64,000 nucleotides of DNA, taken from the NCBI RefSeq assembly GCF_006345805.1, contig NC_043000.1:117304001-117368000 (forward strand), read 5' to 3'. The position numbers were made by a program, and so were the translations under genes. Below, one piece after another: positions 1-13,121 of the stretch. Source of the DNA: Octopus sinensis. Its lineage: Eukaryota. The notes below the pieces were generated by a model, which was given only the letters and a program-made list of their open reading frames with translations, had not been told where the DNA came from and did not search any database. Position 1 is the first letter of the stretch; each line of letters begins with the position of its first letter.

Positions 1-439
1 GTGGCGACCCCTGCTGTACTCTTTCTCTCATTCTTTCTTCCTGCTTCTTGTACCTGTATTTCAAAGGGGCCATCCTTGTCACACTTAATCTTCCCGATAA
101 CTACGTTAAGAGTACACGAGCAGATCAACTGGAATCCTCGTCGTCGTAACCGACGGAGTACTAGGATACGCCATGAAAACCGGATAAGTCGGCATAAATC
201 GACAAGGTAGCTTTGCCGAAACTTGTTTACTGAGTTGATTCCAACACAGAATTTGAAGACTGTAATTATGTAAGTGCTTTTATTCTTGCTAAATTTGGTG
301 TACTGTTATTTCTCTTAAAAGTTATCCACAAGAATACTTTATCCTTGGATTTCAGAGTAATTTTGTTTTGTTAGTAGAAGTGCTGTATGAAGGGTATTAA
401 GAAAATTATGTTATTCTTTAACTTTTCGCCCTTTTCAAA

Positions 440-735
440 ACCTAGCCCGGCTCATGGGCCCGGTTCCCGGTTTCTGTGGCGTATGTGTGTCCCCCCCCCC
501 CCAGCTGGACGGGATACCAGTCCATCGCAGCGTTACCCAAGAAACAGGAAGAGAGAGTGAGAGAAAGTTGTGGCGAAAGAGTACAACAGGGGTCCCCACC
601 ACCCCCTGCCGGAGCCTCGTAGAGCTTTTAGGTGTTTCCGTTCAATAAACACACACAACGCCCGATCTGGGAATCGAAACCGCGATCCTCCGACCGCGAG
701 TCCACTGCCCTAACCACTGGGCCATTGCACCTCCA
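440..735 (-). mobile_element. SINE family A head/body with alternative tail T2 (also 41820-41970)
   Basis: Same head and body as 26186, but the tail is gcgatggactgg...cccgtccagc...agaaaccggg...gggcccatgagcc. Confidence 0.8.
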
Positions 736-2292
736 CAAATGGTGTTATGCTTGAAATTAAATACAGAAGCAAATGACTGGAAATTTAGCTACTAGTTTAT
801 TCTCAGTAGCAAAGGCGATAAAGATGAAATTAAAATCAGGTTTTATGTTTCTGAAACAGGTATAATATTAAATATACATATATTATTACTGTTGAAATAA
901 CATAATATAACATTAATAGACATGTTACTATTGTGAGTTTTTTTTCTCAGAATTGTATGGTGTTATTAGTTTAGAAATATCTAAGTGATAATTAAAGAAA
1001 AGATGCAAGATTATGATAGGAAATTAACACGTATATTCGTTGACGATATATGATTAAGTGGAGATTAGAACTAGAGTATTAAGAGAAGAATTTTGGTTTT
1101 AATTTGGTTTTCCGCATGTATTCCATTACGCTTTTACTGAAATGGAAGCGGCAAAGACATGATTCCTAGTTCTGTGTTCAATTTGAAAGGTAGTGATGAC
1201 TGACATTCTAAGATCAAATGACGTCAGGGCCGACTTTGCCTTTCATGTTTTCGGGGTCGATAAATTAAGTACCAGTTGCGTACTGGGGACCATGTAAGTC
1301 AGTTACATCGTCCTGTTGTTGTCGTGTCTGCTGTACTTTTCCCAGTTGATACCTCCGCATGCAGTGTTGCTGTTGCGTGGGGTGCCCCTTTCACTGAAGA
1401 TGTGTGTGTGTGTATTTGTGTATGATTTATACATTAATTTTATGAGCCTTTAACAAATATTGGCTTCAGATTTTGGCACAAGGACAATGATTTCAAGGAG
1501 GGAGCACGTTGATTACATCGACTCCAGTACACAACTGGTACTTATTTTACCGACTCTGAAATAATAAAAAGCAAAGTCAACCTCGCTTGAACTTGAAATC
1601 AGAACGCAAAGACATCTAAATGCCGCTAGGCATTTCAACCGGCATACTAACTAGTCTGCTAGCTTGCCGTCTTAAGGCATTTAGAAATAGAGACATCATA
1701 GGTTGATACAAAAAGAAAGAAAAAAGATACCATCTTTACTGGTAGAGATAACTTTACATTTTAAATTTTCCTCTCTAAAATGTCGTTTTTTAAAAGTTTC
1801 TTTTAAACCAACAACTGGTAACTATCTCTGAAGAGTGAGGGAGAAAATTCTAATTTGACAGCAGCGGTGTTGATAATTCTAGTCATTCGTTTGTTTCTTT
1901 CATTTAATCTTTCTTTAGAATTTGTATTACGTTTAAGACAACGATTCTAAATATTACATCTCACATGTTCCTTCCAAATCCAGCCGCTTTTGCCAAGGTA
2001 AAACAGCTGACAAAATTCTCATATCTTCAGCCTGGTTTTCTTTTTCATTAAAATAATGACAATTTAATAAAACGAAATTGTAGAATATGTAATTGGATTT
2101 TATGAGAGTCTTATATGCGTTGTCTCAAAGGTATATGATAATTTTAACAATGTTAGATATCATCAAGCAACGAAGACGCCAGAATCGCTGCTATTACACT
2201 ACATTCTTAGTTGTCTCTACAGGAAGAGACACGTAAAAGATCCAAGAGAACTGGAAATTGGATATGAAATGATATTTGTTGCTTCCAGTTAC

Positions 2293-2496
2293 TCTCTCTT
2301 TTACTCTTTTACTTGTTTCAGTCATTTGACTGTGGCCAAGCTGGAGCACCACCTTTAGCCGAGTAAATTAAACCCAGGGCTTTTTCTTTGTAAGCCTAGT
2401 ACTTATTCTATCGGTTCTCTTTTGCCGAACCGCTAAGTTACGGGAACGTAAACAAACCAGCATCGGTTGTCAAGCGATGTTGGGAGAACAACCACA

Positions 2497-2542
<46 letters not shown>

Positions 2543-2712
2543 CATATATACGACGGGCTTCTTTCAGTTTCCGTCTACCAAATCCACACATAATGCTTTG
2601 GTCGGCCCGAGGCTATAGTAGAAGACACTTGCCCAAGGTGCCACGCAGTGGAACTGAACCCGGAACCATGTGGTTCTTAAGCAAGCTACATACCTCACAA
2701 CCACTCCTACGC
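2293..2712 (-). mobile_element. tRNA-derived SINE family C with internal microsatellite (further copies at 5860-6200, 30870-31260, 35255-35620, 44945-45370, 47515-47890; tails at 27270, 33480, 48725, 60190)
   Basis: Head ggagtggctgtgtggtaag...gggttcagtccc; caccttgggcaagtgtctt; (TA)n/(TG)n; tail ggcggtgctccagcatggccgcagtcaaatgactgaaacaagtaaaaga. Confidence 0.85.
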
Positions 2713-2817
2713 CTATTTATAAAGTTTTTCTACATTTATGCATATATATATATGCACGCAGAACCATTTATTAACGTATATGGAAAGAAACATAGATACT
2801 TTCGCGCGCACGCATGT

Positions 2818-3060
2818 GTGTACGTGGTCTGAACAATAAGTATGCTGATAGTTACTATAGTAACGAAGCTAAAGCACGGAAAGTGAAGCCGCTTGGCATA
2901 GACTGACCTTGAACTCTGTTGTGCAGGTGCACTAAATGTTGCGTTGACCTTGACTGAGATAGCTGAACAGAGAATTTGCATCAAATTCTGATCAAGTATC
3001 GCCATGACAACTTTCTCTATCATGATCAATGCAACGATCACACGCTACACACCTTCATTC
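2818..3060 (+). mobile_element. Mariner 5' fragment
   Basis: TIR-like tacgtggtctgaacaataagtat and N-terminal EQRICIKF. Confidence 0.55.
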
Positions 3061-3865
3061 CAAGTACTGCTGTAAACAGCGGAAATGATCCAGAACGTTA
3101 GAACTTATTGTGCATGGAATAATCCATGCAACCATGTGGTCAGAATTTAAGCTGCTTTATAATTCCTGTTGTTGTTATCGTCTCTGGCTACAACACTAAT
3201 TGGGTTTTGATACATCCCTGGTCTAGTTAGTGACCCCTTGACTGTGTAAATTTCTATTCCATAATAAAATTTAGACATAACAATACATACACCCACCACC
3301 ACAGATGATGCTTTAGAACATCTGTAGCCTATTGAACTGACTCTAGCAAATATATACTGCAAACCAACGGTGGGATAAAAAGCAACGTTTAAATTGACTG
3401 GCAGGATTTGAACTCGGTTACTTTTCACAGAAATTCATTATTTCTCAGTGTTCCACCTTTACAGAGATCACAGCAATTATAAATTTCAAATCATGGAACA
3501 AGACCAACAATTTCGGTGTTGTGGTAAGTCAGTTACATCGTCCCCAATACTCAACTGGTCCTTATTTTATCGACCCCGAATGGATGAAAGGCAAAGTCGG
3601 CCCTGGCGGCATTTCATCTCAGAACGTAAAGACGGACGAAATGCCGTAAAGCATTTTTCCGGCACGTTAATGATTCTGCTAGCTCACTGCCTTCGAGATA
3701 ACAATAATATCACAATGGCAGTGAGCTGGCAGAGACGTTAGCACGCCGGGCGAAATGCTTAGCGGCATTTCGTCTGCCGTTACGTTCTGAGTTCAAATTC
3801 CACCGAAGTCGACTTTGCCTTTCATCCTTTCGGGGTCGATTAAATAAGTACCAGTTTAAAAAAAA

Positions 3866-4186
3866 GACTCCGCCGGTTACGACGACGAGGGTCCCAGCTG
3901 ATACGATCAACGGAACAGCTTGCTCGTGAAATTAACGTGCAAATGGCTGAGCATTCCACAGACACGTGTACCCTTAACGTAGTTCTCGGGGATAATCAGC
4001 GTGACACAGAGAGTGACAAGGCTGACCCTTTGAATTACAAGTACAACTCATTTTTGCCAGCTGAGTGGACTGGAGCAACGTGAAATAAAGTGTCTTGCTC
4101 AAGGACACAACGCGTCGCCGGGAATCGAACTCACAACCTTACGATCATGAGCCGAATGCCCTAACCACTAAGCCACGCGCCCTCAC
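3866..4186 (-). mobile_element. tRNA-derived SINE family B (CORE-like), tail T1 (also 4490-4695 -, 5110-5390 +)
   Basis: Head ggcgcgtggct...gagttcgattccc; core gtgtccttgagcaagacactttatttcac; tail shared with family A. Confidence 0.8.
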
Positions 4187-4998
4187 AAGTACCAGTTACA
4201 CACTGGCGTCGATGTAATCTTAATACCTTTGTCTGTCCATGTTTGTCCTCCTCTATGTTTAGCCCCTTGTGGGCAATAAAGAAATAAGTAATATCACAAT
4301 GGATAGTGTTAAGATAATAGTGATAATAATGAATTCAAATTTTGGCACAAAACCAGTGATTTTAGAGTTTGGTAATTAGTAGCATGCCTGTTTTATATTT
4401 CATGATTTGCGTTCGCATGTTTAAAAAATAATCGTGCAAGAAGTAAATTAATTCCATGAATATTTTCCCCATCGCACCATATAGAAAATATATTCTGCAA
4501 ACCAACGGTGGGATAAAAAGTGAGATTAACGTGTAAGTGGCTGAGGACTCCACAAACACGCGTAACCCTTCATCTACTTCTCGGGGAGATTCAGCTTGAC
4601 ACAGGGTATGACAAGGCTGGCCCCTTGAAATACAGGTACTACTCATTTTTGCCAGCTGAGTGGACTGGAGCAACGTGAAATAAAGTGCCTTGCTCATGTA
4701 TGTATGTATGTATGTATGTATGTATGTTTGTATGTATGTATGTATGTATGTATGTATGTATGTATGTATGTATGAATGTGACTATTGTTTACCACCATAG
4801 AAGAATATTCCTAGTGTTAATCCAAATTCCTTATCACATACTATCTCATTACAATTTGAAAATCTTATCGGAAATTATGTTGATATCGTATCCTAGATAA
4901 TATTCACTCTCGTCCTTCATTTCTATTCAAACACATCATTTCCCTTTTGCTGTCATACATTTCCCCTCTCCTCAACGTACAATATTACAATTCCGGAA

Positions 4999-5063
<65 letters not shown>

Positions 5064-5636
5064 ATATATATATATATATATATATGCGTGTGTATGTGTG
5101 TGTGTGTGTGAAGGCGCGTGGCTCAGTTGGGGTATTCAGCTGGCGATAGTGGTGTCGCGAGTTCGATTCCCGGCGGTGCATTGTGTCCTTGAGCAAGACA
5201 CTTTATTTCACATTGCTCCAGTACACTCAGCTGGCAAAAATAAGTAGTACCTGTATTTCAAGGGGCCATTATTGTCATACTCTGTGTCAAGCTAATCTCC
5301 CTCAGAAGTAGATGAAGGGGTACGCGTGTTTGTGGAGTGCTCAGCCACTTGCACGTTAATCTCACGAGCAAGTTGTTCCGTTGATCTGGAAGCCAGTCGC
5401 TTCCAGCATATAATTAGCTAGTTGATAAATGAATAAAGCAATTAACATTAGCTCTATATCATTACATAATAAGGTTAAGAATAATTAATTAGTTGCATTA
5501 GGTATTCCACAACTCTAATTTTAATGTTAACATGAGTCACCTATTATGAATAAAATACCATGCCACTGAAACATATGTAGCACGGATTGAAATGCTATTG
5601 TTCATTCATCTCCTTAAATTTCGTGCATGCACACAC

Positions 5637-5670
<34 letters not shown>

Positions 5671-5759
5671 CACACACACCACACACACACACACACACCA
5701 CACACCACACCACACACACACCACACCACACACACACCACACACCACACACACCACACA

Positions 5760-5798
<39 letters not shown>

Positions 5799-5989
5799 TC
5801 ACACACACACACACACGCGCGCATGTATGTATGTATGTATGTATTCTTTTAATCTTTCACTACGGCCATGCTGGAGTACCGCTTTTAGTCGAACAAATCG
5901 ACTCCAATCCTAGTACCTATTCTATCGGTCTCTTTTGCCAAACCGCTAAGTTACAGAGAGTTAAACACACCAACATCGGTTGCCAAGCG

Positions 5990-6026
<37 letters not shown>

Positions 6027-6220
6027 CATATATATATATATACGACGAGCTTCTTTCAGTTTCCATCTGCCATATCCACTCACAGGGCTTTGGTCGGCCC
6101 GTGGCTATAGTAGAAGACAGTTGCCCAAGATGCCACGCAGCAGGACTGAACCCGGAATCATGTAGTTGGTAAGCAAGCTACTTACCACATAGCCACTCTG
6201 TGCCTGTGTATGTATGTATG

Positions 6221-6252
<32 letters not shown>

Positions 6253-6631
6253 ATTCTTGCCGATATATGGGCAATATAAATATCAATTCAAAAACCTTCA
6301 AAATGACGGAATAATTCTAATTTTATTATTTGGTTTTCTTTGAATTCATTTGACTGTTTACTTATAATTCTTCCCCTTAAGTTACTCTAATATTTCTACT
6401 TATCACATCAAATCCCATTTTTGTCAGCCGTCAAAGTAAATATTTTGTTAATACTGTATGTTTTTTATTGTCCAACCATTATGTCGTATAATTAAGCTAA
6501 ACATTGAGATACTTTATGCAATATCGATTTGTTCTGTGATAAGTTATTCTCTCTCCTCCTAATTTAAAAAAAAACTATTTGTAGAATCTTCATTTGTATA
6601 CATAACACTCGTGAACAAAGATAATACGTTA

Positions 6632-7014
6632 CTAGCAGTATCGCCCGGCGTTGCTCAGGTTTGTAAGGGAAATAACTATAAAGTATTTTTAGAGAGTTAT
6701 AGCCAAAAAATAGCAAAAAAATGGAAAAAAATTATGGTAAATTTTTTTGAGAGTAAAAAAAGGTGGAGTTGCGTCCCCTAGACAGTTTGCGGTTTGTGTT
6801 TCTGATTCTCGACCCCATGTCGAATTTATCGATTTTTTTCAGAACTGGGGGAACTTTTCAAAATTTTCGCTGCGTTAGTTTTGAATTATGACATTGGGCT
6901 ATGTGTGTGTCAAGTTTCATCAGAATCGGTTGAAAGCCGTGGTCAGGGTGAGGGTACAAGCAAACAGACACACAGAAACACGCACAGACAAACTGCCGTT
7001 TATATAGAGAGAGA
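6632..7014 (-). mobile_element. Non-autonomous Helitron
   Basis: 5' A|TC start, 3' hairpin (gagcaacgccgggcg) then CTAG|T. Same 3' end as 21285-21680. Confidence 0.8.
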
Positions 7015-8154
7015 TTACACAAATGAAGGCGGCGAACTGGCAGAAACGTTAGCACGTCGGGCGAGATGCGTAGCCGTATTTCGTCTGTCGTTACGTTCTG
7101 AGTTCAAATTCCACCGAGGTCGACTTTGCTTTTCATCCTTACGAGGTCGATAAATTAAGTACCATTTACGCAGTGGTGTCGATATAATCGAATTAATCTG
7201 TCTGTCTGTCCTTGTTTGTCTCCTCTGTGTTTAGCTCCTTGTAGGCAATAAAGAAATAAGAAATTTAGAATTGATTCGATTTAGATTTCTCGAAACTTAG
7301 ATGTGTTTCTGCTTGTGAAGTGTATGCCAACTACATTTTAATATTTAAATTTAGTAATTTTAGTTGGCGTATTTTCTCATGCATAAGTTACTCTATTTTG
7401 TATTTGATTTTAACTTTAAAAATTTTGGAATTGCAACTTATACTCAGGGCAAAGCTAAAATTACAAATGAAAAATATATTTTACAAAAGTAACGTGTCTG
7501 GAACGGTACAACAAAGTTAGTATTCGGATGAATTTGTTCGACCAAAAGCTTTAAAGTGATGTCTCAGCATAGCCACATTTCAATAACAAAAACAAGCGAA
7601 AGATAGAAGATAACAGTCAAACGTAATCCGGGAATATACAGATAAATGCGCACGCACATTTATAACGACCGTTAGAAGAAATAGCAAGGAACAGCTTATG
7701 GCGGAGGAGAATATGAGAATATATATATTGGGCACGTGGCGTCAGTAATTACTCAGGGTAGGCAGTTGGTGACATTTATGTAGTAAAACACATAAAAAAA
7801 ATAAATAAATAAAATAAGCGAAACACAGATGCGCGACTGAGTTGGAGGCAGATTTACTTCTGCCTTTATAGCTTGTAAAGAAAACGTTGTTGTAGGAATG
7901 AACGTAGTATGAGTACTACAGCAGTCCTATGCGAAGCTTTAATAATGAAATTGAAAGGCAGGGGCGAATTATGCCTACTTAATCTACAAAAAAGAAAAAG
8001 AATATTTTGCATTTTATGCATAGAAGTCAGAGTAACCTTCATAGTTTTATTGAATTATGTGCATATTTTACCATAAAAGGAAACTGTTACGATCGATCTA
8101 TTTTATTCAGAGTAGGCACTTCCTCACCTTGCCTGCCCGGCGGTACGTCCCTGA

Positions 8155-8171
8155 TATATATATATATATAT

Positions 8172-8203
<32 letters not shown>

Positions 8204-8216
8204 ATATATATTATAT

Positions 8217-8253
<37 letters not shown>

Positions 8254-8281
8254 ATATATATATATATATATAATATATATA

Positions 8282-8360
<79 letters not shown>
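8155..8360. repeat. Long irregular (TA)n tract (one of >25 in the window)
   Basis: Directly visible. Confidence 0.95.
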
Positions 8361-8361
<1 letters not shown>

Positions 8362-8362
<1 letters not shown>

Positions 8363-9530
8363 TAGAAACCCTGATTACCGCAAAATACCGGTCAGCGGAC
8401 ACATAGATAGATGTGCTGGAAATGTAAATCCGAAATTTACAACTAACCCGCTCTATAAATTCAGTGACAACGCAACCTTCACACAACGCCAAAATAAAGA
8501 ACTATATTTCATAAAAAATTTAGACCAGTTTAAACACCCTGGCCAGGAATACTAAAACAAAAGATAATCCTCCGAAAAGGAGAACCAAATTTCACCACGG
8601 CCGCTACTTCAAACAGACACTCACTCTGACGGAAATATGCCTTAGTAAAAAAGGGGAAAAAATTCTTTCGTGCAAATCTGACCCTGATACATACGATACA
8701 CTAAGGGTCAGACCCGATTCTGATTGGTCAACAAGTGATGACGTCTAGCTCTGCTAGAATGGACAGGATACAAACAGGGGACAGTCATTAGTCAGATATT
8801 GATGCGTCCTTTTCTGCTTGAATAGTCACCTAACAAGTACAGACAGGGGGCAGATCTAATGTAGCTATAAGTCGTGATTGGGCAGAATCTGGATGACATC
8901 CCGCTATGCTTGACTAACGAAGCGACTGGTCAAGACAGGAAACAAACAAGAGGGAGTTATAATGCAGCGATTGGTCAAAATAATGATGACGTCCCGTTTC
9001 ACTTGATTAAAGCCACCTAACGAAACGATTGGTCAAAACATTGATGACGTCACGCTACGCTAGATTGACCACCTAACAGGCATTATAAAACCAAGCATTT
9101 CACAAAAAAATCACTAGAACCACCCAGCGAACTTCCACCATGGGTCATCACAATTGCTTAAGGTAAAAATGAATTCCTCGCTCTTTCGGAAACATCAATC
9201 TTCTGTATTGACCGCTTTCCACCACTTTGATCTGTTTTTTGTATTGAATACGTATCGCCACCGTAGGCCACTGCATCGAACACTTTGAACATATACTTCA
9301 AACTATATATCAACTATACATGAACTATATATCAACTATACATGAACTCTAAGATGTCTGACTCCGTTGTGTATTATAAATGAATTTCTTGTGTTTGACG
9401 GCATGAGCTGTCTCTTTTTATATATAACTTTTTTTGATAAGGTTCATTTCAGGAACTGAAACATGTTATAATGTATATATAAAAATTAAAAATTGTATAA
9501 TACAGCAGCATTTTCGAACTTCATTTTTTA
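8362..9530 (+). mobile_element. Penelope-like element 3' fragment (C-terminus of the GIY-YIG region plus long 3' region), between two (TA)n tracts
   Basis: Degenerate translation PDYRKIPVSGHIDRCAGNVNPKF...QRQNKELYFIK resembles PLE C-termini (R-x2-KE-x2-FIK-x-F-x-P-x-LN type). Confidence 0.5.
8720..9092 (+). promoter_or_regulatory. Array of ATTGG (reverse CCAAT) plus TGACGTC (CRE-like) motif pairs followed by TATAAAA
   Basis: gattggtcaa-N5-6-gatgacgtc at ~8722, ~8969 and ~9027, with degenerate units at ~8786 and ~8876. TATAAAA at 9084-9090. Confidence 0.45.
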
Positions 9531-9851
9531 CAAATATATATATATATATATATTATATATTTCTTCTTCTTCTTCTTCTTCTTCTTCTTCTTTCCTACCA
9601 AGAATTCACAACGACCTCGAAACCCACAAGAGTTAACAAGAGAGACAGAGACAGGCACAAATAAGGAAAATGCCCCTTGTATTTGTACACTATACAAATA
9701 TTTCTTTAGAAAAACATCTCTTTTAATTTTTCCAAAATTTAATTGTTTTCCATACTTACAGTTGAAAAAGTCTCAATGACTGAAAACGGTACTGAAATGT
9801 TTTTATAAAATTATTTTAGCATTTTCTATCTTGATTTTTTCCCATATATAT

Positions 9852-9941
<90 letters not shown>

Positions 9942-10378
9942 GATGGGCTTCCATGCAGTTTCCGTCGGCCAAATTCATTCACATGACATAGCTCAACCCA
10001 GATCTATATTAGCAGACACTCACCCAAGTTACGGCGCAATGGGGATGAACTTGAGACCATGTGGTTGTAAAGGGAGCGTCTTAACAATACAGCCACGACT
10101 GCGCTTATACTTTTGTAATGTTGTGGACATAGCTGGGTGGCTGTACTAAACAGCCATTGGATGTTGCATTTATTTACGTACATTTTGATACGTGCTGCAG
10201 TTCAAGCCTATGTAGATGTATACATAGTTTGGTGTAGAACAGCATTTATACGGAAAGTGTATGTAAGTATGTCCTTATGTCCAAGCACATTTGTATATGC
10301 GTGTATGTTTCTGTTAGTATATGAGTATCCATGTGAGTGTGTACGGCTGTGTGAATGTCTGACTATTACATAATATTC

Positions 10379-10945
10379 TCAACGAACACGGGTGAGTCTG
10401 TTTGAAAGATTTGAAAAAAACTTGAACCGTTTCTGAACATTGTCTTCATAGTTGTGTTTCTGGGAAGCTTTCTCGAGATACGCAACCACTTTGTGATGCT
10501 TGTGATGTCGAGCGTAAGCGATCGGTTTATCCTTGAAGCTATCTTCGGCAGATATGTCAGCTTTACGAGACAAGAGAAATTCAACGATTTGTGGATCACC
10601 TCTGTACGCTGCTATATGCAACAATGTGCAGTTACCTGGGATTCCGTCAGTCGATTCACCTAATTGACTGTTGATACTTACTCCAGAATCTAAGACCTTT
10701 TGTACTAGTTCTTTATTGCCTCGTAAAACGCAGGCATGTGCAAAGGTCCAACCATGAATATTATGCGTGAAAATATTTTTGGCCGTGAGAGGTTGATGTT
10801 TAACGATGTTATTAACATTTCTTAAAAGGTTCTTTTCTTTCGAATGCAGCTGCTGGAGCAAATTTATAGCGATTCTGTCTATTCTGCAATCATCTGGAAA
10901 TGGTGATGAGGGGTCTGAACTATCAGATTCCATGTAATAAGGCAT
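10379..10945 (-). CDS. Ankyrin-repeat protein (188 aa, 2-3 ANK repeats), CDS in one exon
   Basis: Uninterrupted ORF with ANK-like motifs HGWTFAHACVLRGNKELVQKVLDSGVSIN, TLLHIAAYRGDPQIVEFLLSRKADISAEDS and KPIAYARHHKHHKVVAYL. It is the only long ORF here that is neither TE-like nor microsatellite-derived. Candidate AATAAA (minus strand) at 10169-10174. Confidence 0.85.
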   Translation of the reverse strand: MPYYMESDSSDPSSPFPDDCRIDRIAINLLQQLHSKEKNLLRNVNNIVKHQPLTAKNIFTHNIHGWTFAHACVLRGNKELVQKVLDSGVSINSQLGESTDGIPGNCTLLHIAAYRGDPQIVEFLLSRKADISAEDSFKDKPIAYARHHKHHKVVAYLEKASQKHNYEDNVQKRFKFFSNLSNRLTRVR

Positions 10946-10978
10946 GCAGTTTTCTAAGTAGATAGATTATGGTAAAAC

Positions 10979-11000
10979 CTGAAATAAAACAAAAAAATTC
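10979..11000 (-). promoter_or_regulatory. Probable 3' splice acceptor 33 nt upstream of the ankyrin ATG
   Basis: Minus strand reads ttttttgttttatttcag|GTTTTACCATAA. The in-frame TAA before the ATG implies any upstream exon is non-coding. Confidence 0.5.
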
Positions 11001-11474
11001 GTTTGTGAATAATGCGACAAGAAAGGCTTATAGTGGGGTGGGGGAATAAATATTCGTCCATGTCAAAATTCTTTATTTATCTCATTTCTAATCAACATAA
11101 ATGGGATATACCAATACTATATTTGCATACACATGCATAAAACTAAGAATATGCAAAAGAAACTAATTTCTAACTTAGTTACTATAATTTATTAGTTTCT
11201 TTTGAATATTCTTAGTTTATGCATCTGTTTGCAAATATAATATTGGTATATCCCATTTATGTTCATTAGAAATGAAATAAATAAAGAATTTTGACATGTA
11301 CGAATATTTATTCCCCCACCCCCACTGTGTATATGTAAATGAATAACGGACGCATGCATACATACACACACATGGATATATACATACCTACATGATGGCC
11401 GTCTACCATACCCAATTGGTGACCAAGAAAGACCATTGCTGACCTTCAGGAACATTGTGCACTTTAGGACTAAC

Positions 11475-12165
11475 TTATATTTTGCATTTGCGGCTCCGTT
11501 GGTGGCTAATGAACCCTGCTCTTGACCAGCATACATGGCTGCAAACATTGCAAACCAAGCTTTCCCCATTCACTACACCAGCAGTGCGCTTTCGAGCAAC
11601 ACGCTTAAGTTCTTCATGCTGAATACATGCTCTCTCAAAAGTGTCGAACCCCTCCTTAACCTGCTTCCTCCATCTATGGCGATGACAGGCATTTCTCTCC
11701 CAGTCAGTCTCCTGCATATCACAGGCCTTTAATGAGGACTTGACACAGCCCTTAAATCGCAACCTTCGTTTCTGCAGAGTTTCTTTCCAGTCACAAGATC
11801 CCCATATATTATCTGCTTAGGGATCCTGCTATCCTTCATTCAAATAAGGTGTCCAGTGCAACGTAACCGATGCTCGTGCACCATCGCCTCAATACTCAGG
11901 ATATCAGCTGTCCTCAGGACTTGTGTGTCTGGAAATTTTAAGATCCAGCCAAAATTCAGAATGTGTCTGAGACATCTCTGATGAAAGCGTTCAGGGATCC
12001 TTACATGACGTGTGTAAAAGATCCATGTCTCACATGAGTAAAAGAGCAATGTCAGTACACATGCACCATACACAGCAATTGTTGTTTGCTTTGTGATGCC
12101 ACACTGGGACCAGATACGAGACTGAAGAGACCAGAAGGAAACAGTTGCTCTCTGCAGCCTGAAAT
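11475..12165 (-). mobile_element. RTE (BovB-like) LINE 3' fragment
   Basis: VYGACVLTLLFYSCETW...RFHQRCLRHIL...HRLRCTGHLI, then RFKGCVKSSLKAC...CNVCSHVCWSRAGFISHQRS. Confidence 0.9.
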
Positions 12166-12169
12166 ATAT

Positions 12170-12640
12170 TTCATTATACATACGTTACATAAATTACATA
12201 CATACATTACATGCATACATTACATACATACATTACATACATATATTACATACATTACATACATACATACATTCATACATTACATACATACATTACATAC
12301 ATACATTACATACATACATTACATACATACATTACATACATACAGTGCATACATTACATACATACATTACATACATACATTACATACATACAGTGCATAC
12401 ATTACATACATACATTACATACATACATTACATACATACATTACATACATACATTACATACATACATTACATACATACATTACATACATACATTACATAC
12501 ATACATTACATACATTACATGCATACATACATACATACATACATAAATACATACATACATACATCCATCCATCCATCCATACATACATACATACATACAT
12601 ACATACATACATACATACATACATACATACATGCATACAT
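12170..12640. repeat. (CATA)n / (CATACATTA)n compound microsatellite
   Basis: Directly visible. It explains the HTYI/MYVC pseudo-ORFs. Confidence 0.95.
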
Positions 12641-13075
12641 ACGTAGTAATATATAAAATATTTTGAATGATACAACAATACACTATAATACAGTGAAGAA
12701 GGAATTTTATTACGAAATATATCAGACTATCGAAGATTAAATTACAACAGCTATTATAGTCCATTGTTTGTATTATATTGCATTGTTGTACCATTCAAAA
12801 TATTTTATTCTTTACAAACAATACACAATGCTTCAAGCGAACTACAATACTCTCCTGTACATAGTAATATTTAGAATTTTTCTTGTACATTCAGACATGA
12901 AAAATAGGCTGCACAAACTCGAGAGAAAACATTCTTCATATAGATGTAATCTGGGTGTAAACGCACCACTGGGGGCATGCATTTCTACGTGCTTGTATAC
13001 ATACATATATGTATATATGTATGTATGTATATATGTATGTAAGTATATATATATGTAAGTATATATATATGTAAG

Positions 13076-13121
<46 letters not shown>

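Noticed and set aside
4685-6172. Many ORFs rich in HT/CV/YI/MYVC repeats here and throughout the window
   Set aside because: They are translations of (CA)n, (TA)n and (CATA)n microsatellites, not genes.
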